From Geopsychrobacteraceae bacterium (GTDB lineage Bacteria; Desulfobacterota; Desulfuromonadia; Desulfuromonadales; Geopsychrobacteraceae), in contig OY759353.1 of the NCBI GenBank assembly GCA_963662315.1, forward strand, positions 1,920,001 to 1,984,000: 64,000 nucleotides of DNA, given 5' to 3'. Below, in pieces: positions 61,890-64,000 of this stretch. A program made the translations under genes and the position numbers. The first letter of the stretch is position 1; each line of letters opens with the position of its first letter. The notes below the pieces were generated by a model. It was not told the DNA's origin and ran no database searches. It saw nothing but the letters and a program-made list of their open reading frames with translations.

Positions 61890-63182
61890 TTACTGCTGGT
61901 CATCGCCTTCGGTATCAGGGTCAGGCAAGTCAAACAGGATACGCACAGCATCGACATATTGGCTAGCGTTTTCATTTGAGCCTGCCATTTTCAGGACATT
62001 AGTCGGATGGTGGAGAATCTTGTTGATAATCGCTGAAGTCATGGCATCAATCGCTTTGCGCTCTTTTTCTCCCAGGCCCAAAGCACCACTCAAGGTCTTT
62101 TCAAGTTCCTGACGCCGAATTCTCTCCAATTGCTGTCGCAACGCGACAATCGTCGGTTTGACATCCAAGGAGCTAAGCCAGGCCCGGAACTGACAGACTT
62201 CATCAGCGACAATCAATTCAGCCTTGGCGGCCTCCTTATGACGCTCTTTCAGGTTGGCTTCAACAACCCCCTGCAGGTCGTCGACATCATAGAGATAGAT
62301 ATTGTCGATGCGGTTGGCCCTGGGTTCAATATCTCTCGGCACCGCGATATCGATCAGAAACATCGGCTTGTAACGTCGAGCCTTGGATACGGCCTTAAGC
62401 GTTTTGGCCATCAACACGTAATCAGGAGCTCCGGTTGAGGATAAAACGATATCAACCAGATGCAGATGTTCCTGAAACTCTTCAAATGGAATCGCCCGTC
62501 CTGAGAACTCTTCCGCCAGTTTTTCGGCCCGGCTCAAGGTTCGGTTGGTCACCAGGACTCTGGATACCCCGTTATTAACAAAGTGTTTGGCTGCCAGTTC
62601 ACACATTTCCCCTGCTCCGACCAGCATAACCGTCTTTCCTTCAAGGGAATCAAAAATCTTACGGGCCAGCTCAACAGCAGCAAAAGAAACCGATACCGCG
62701 TTGCTGGCAATAGCCGTCTCGGTACGGACCCGCTTGGCCACCGAAAACGCTTTGTGCAGAAAACGGTTAAGAATTGTCCCCGCCGTTTGAAATTCACTGG
62801 CGTAGCCATAAGCGGTTTTGATCTGCCCCAGAATCTGAGGTTCTCCGATAACCATGGAGTCAAGGCTGGCAGCGACTCGCAAAACATGCTGAATGGCATC
62901 TTCCCCTTCATAAGAATAAAGATGATCCTCCAACATTGACGGGTGCAGCTTGTGATACGCAGCAATAAATTCCTTAAGCTCAATAACCGCAGCTTCGGGA
63001 TGATTACTGACAGCATACAGTTCAACGCGATTACAGGTTGAGACAATCAGCCCTTCGCTAATGGAAGGCAGGGCGAGCAGCTGCCGCAGAGGTTCCTCCA
63101 TGGCAGTCGGTGCAAAGGCGACCTTTTCCCTGATTTCGACCGGTGCAGTTTTGTGGCTAAGGCCAACGACAATTATATCCAT
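61890..63182 (-). CDS. hemA: glutamyl-tRNA reductase
   Basis: [48 protein letters not shown]. Confidence 0.98.
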   Translation of the reverse strand: MDIIVVGLSHKTAPVEIREKVAFAPTAMEEPLRQLLALPSISEGLIVSTCNRVELYAVSNHPEAAVIELKEFIAAYHKLHPSMLEDHLYSYEGEDAIQHVLRVAASLDSMVIGEPQILGQIKTAYGYASEFQTAGTILNRFLHKAFSVAKRVRTETAIASNAVSVSFAAVELARKIFDSLEGKTVMLVGAGEMCELAAKHFVNNGVSRVLVTNRTLSRAEKLAEEFSGRAIPFEEFQEHLHLVDIVLSSTGAPDYVLMAKTLKAVSKARRYKPMFLIDIAVPRDIEPRANRIDNIYLYDVDDLQGVVEANLKERHKEAAKAELIVADEVCQFRAWLSSLDVKPTIVALRQQLERIRRQELEKTLSGALGLGEKERKAIDAMTSAIINKILHHPTNVLKMAGSNENASQYVDAVRILFDLPDPDTEGDDQQ

Positions 63183-64000
63183 GAACTTATTTCACCAACC
63201 TGTCTGCTAACTGCGGAAAAGGCCTCAAAGTTGTGATATCCCCCAAGTAACAGATTGACCCCCAGATAGGTAAACAGCAGAACCAGAAAAGCAAGAATAG
63301 AAAACAGTGCAGCGGTACGCCCGCGCCAGCCGGAAGTCAGCCGACCGTGCAACAATCCAGCGTACAGAAACCAGGTAATCAACGCCCAGGTTTCTTTGGG
63401 ATCCCAACTCCAATAGCTACCCCAGGCAGTATGAGCCCAGAAGGCACCACTGATAATGCCGAGAGTCATGAGAGGGAAACCGATACTAAGGCAGGTATAA
63501 TTCACTTTATCAAGACTGTCCAGCGACGGTAAGCGCTGAAACAGGCCGGTAAAATGTTTGCTTTTTAACATCTGGTTCTGAATCAGATAAAAAATACCTG
63601 CCCCAAAGGACAGAGAAAAAGCAGCGATCCCAAGAAATGCGAAGGTGATATGAACCGGGAACAGCCAGCTTTTCAGCACCGGATTCAACTGAATAATCTG
63701 CTGAGGGGTCAAAACACTGGCAACCATAAAAATCAGAGCGAGAGGAGCAGCGAAAGCCCCCATCGCCGACATGCGAAACCGCAGATCAAGCAGCAGAAAC
63801 AGTAAAACCAGGCACCAGGAAAAGAAAGACAGGGACTCATGCAGACTGGTCACAGGAGTTCCACCAGCTGATGAGTGGAGAAACCCGAACGCTGTTGCGT
63901 GAACGATGACCCCCCCCAGAAGCAACCAGCGTCCATAGCTCCCTAATGCAGGTTTTTTTGTCGCTATGGCGGTCACATAAAAAATGCTGGCACCAAGGTA
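63173..64000 (-). CDS. cytochrome c biogenesis CcsA/CcsB-like membrane protein (5' end beyond the window)
   Basis: WWD motif [21 protein letters not shown]; frame stays open to the window edge (YLGASIFYV...). Confidence 0.9.
   Translation of the reverse strand, partial: YLGASIFYVTAIATKKPALGSYGRWLLLGGVIVHATAFGFLHSSAGGTPVTSLHESLSFFSWCLVLLFLLLDLRFRMSAMGAFAAPLALIFMVASVLTPQQIIQLNPVLKSWLFPVHITFAFLGIAAFSLSFGAGIFYLIQNQMLKSKHFTGLFQRLPSLDSLDKVNYTCLSIGFPLMTLGIISGAFWAHTAWGSYWSWDPKETWALITWFLYAGLLHGRLTSGWRGRTAALFSILAFLVLLFTYLGVNLLLGGYHNFEAFSAVSRQVGEISSWI

Noticed and set aside
1..64000. CRISPR array, tRNA, rRNA, integrase or prophage genes
   Set aside because: No regularly spaced repeats, tRNA/rRNA signatures, recombinase or phage structural genes (other than the VgrG fold) were seen by eye

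Overview
Chromosomal window from a deltaproteobacterium; gene content and order point to Desulfuromonadales (inference). Most of it is housekeeping or metabolic: rho-rpmE-prfA-prmC-murA-hisG-hisD, gluQ, an Rrf2 regulator, an ammonium transporter, SAM-I riboswitch plus metX, an MBL hydrolase/TIGR04442-like/EF-G-paralog cluster, hydantoinase/oxoprolinase A/B, a group III PLP decarboxylase, a radical SAM protein, rnr, trxC, ABC and RND exporters, an HDOD kinase with a REC-PAS-GGDEF-EAL partner, an M16 peptidase and ccsA-hemA-hemC-hemD-hemB. The main accessory feature is an ~11 kb polymorphic-toxin island (18994-30885) bounded by ~930-bp imperfect direct repeats of an ABC-F gene 3' end. It carries a 2196-aa VgrG-FIX-like-Rhs-toxin fusion, a small putative immunity gene, a truncated IS3 and an orphan module with an exported pentapeptide-repeat protein. 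Features missing from the ORF track: a 52-aa four-Cys protein ending in the beta-clamp-binding-like motif QMDLF (13178-13336, minus), and three candidate sRNAs, each with a sigma70-like promoter and a terminator carrying a C/U-rich anti-SD-like loop. The HDOD kinase has Gln in place of its phosphoacceptor His. All family assignments come from motif recognition by eye; no database search was run.
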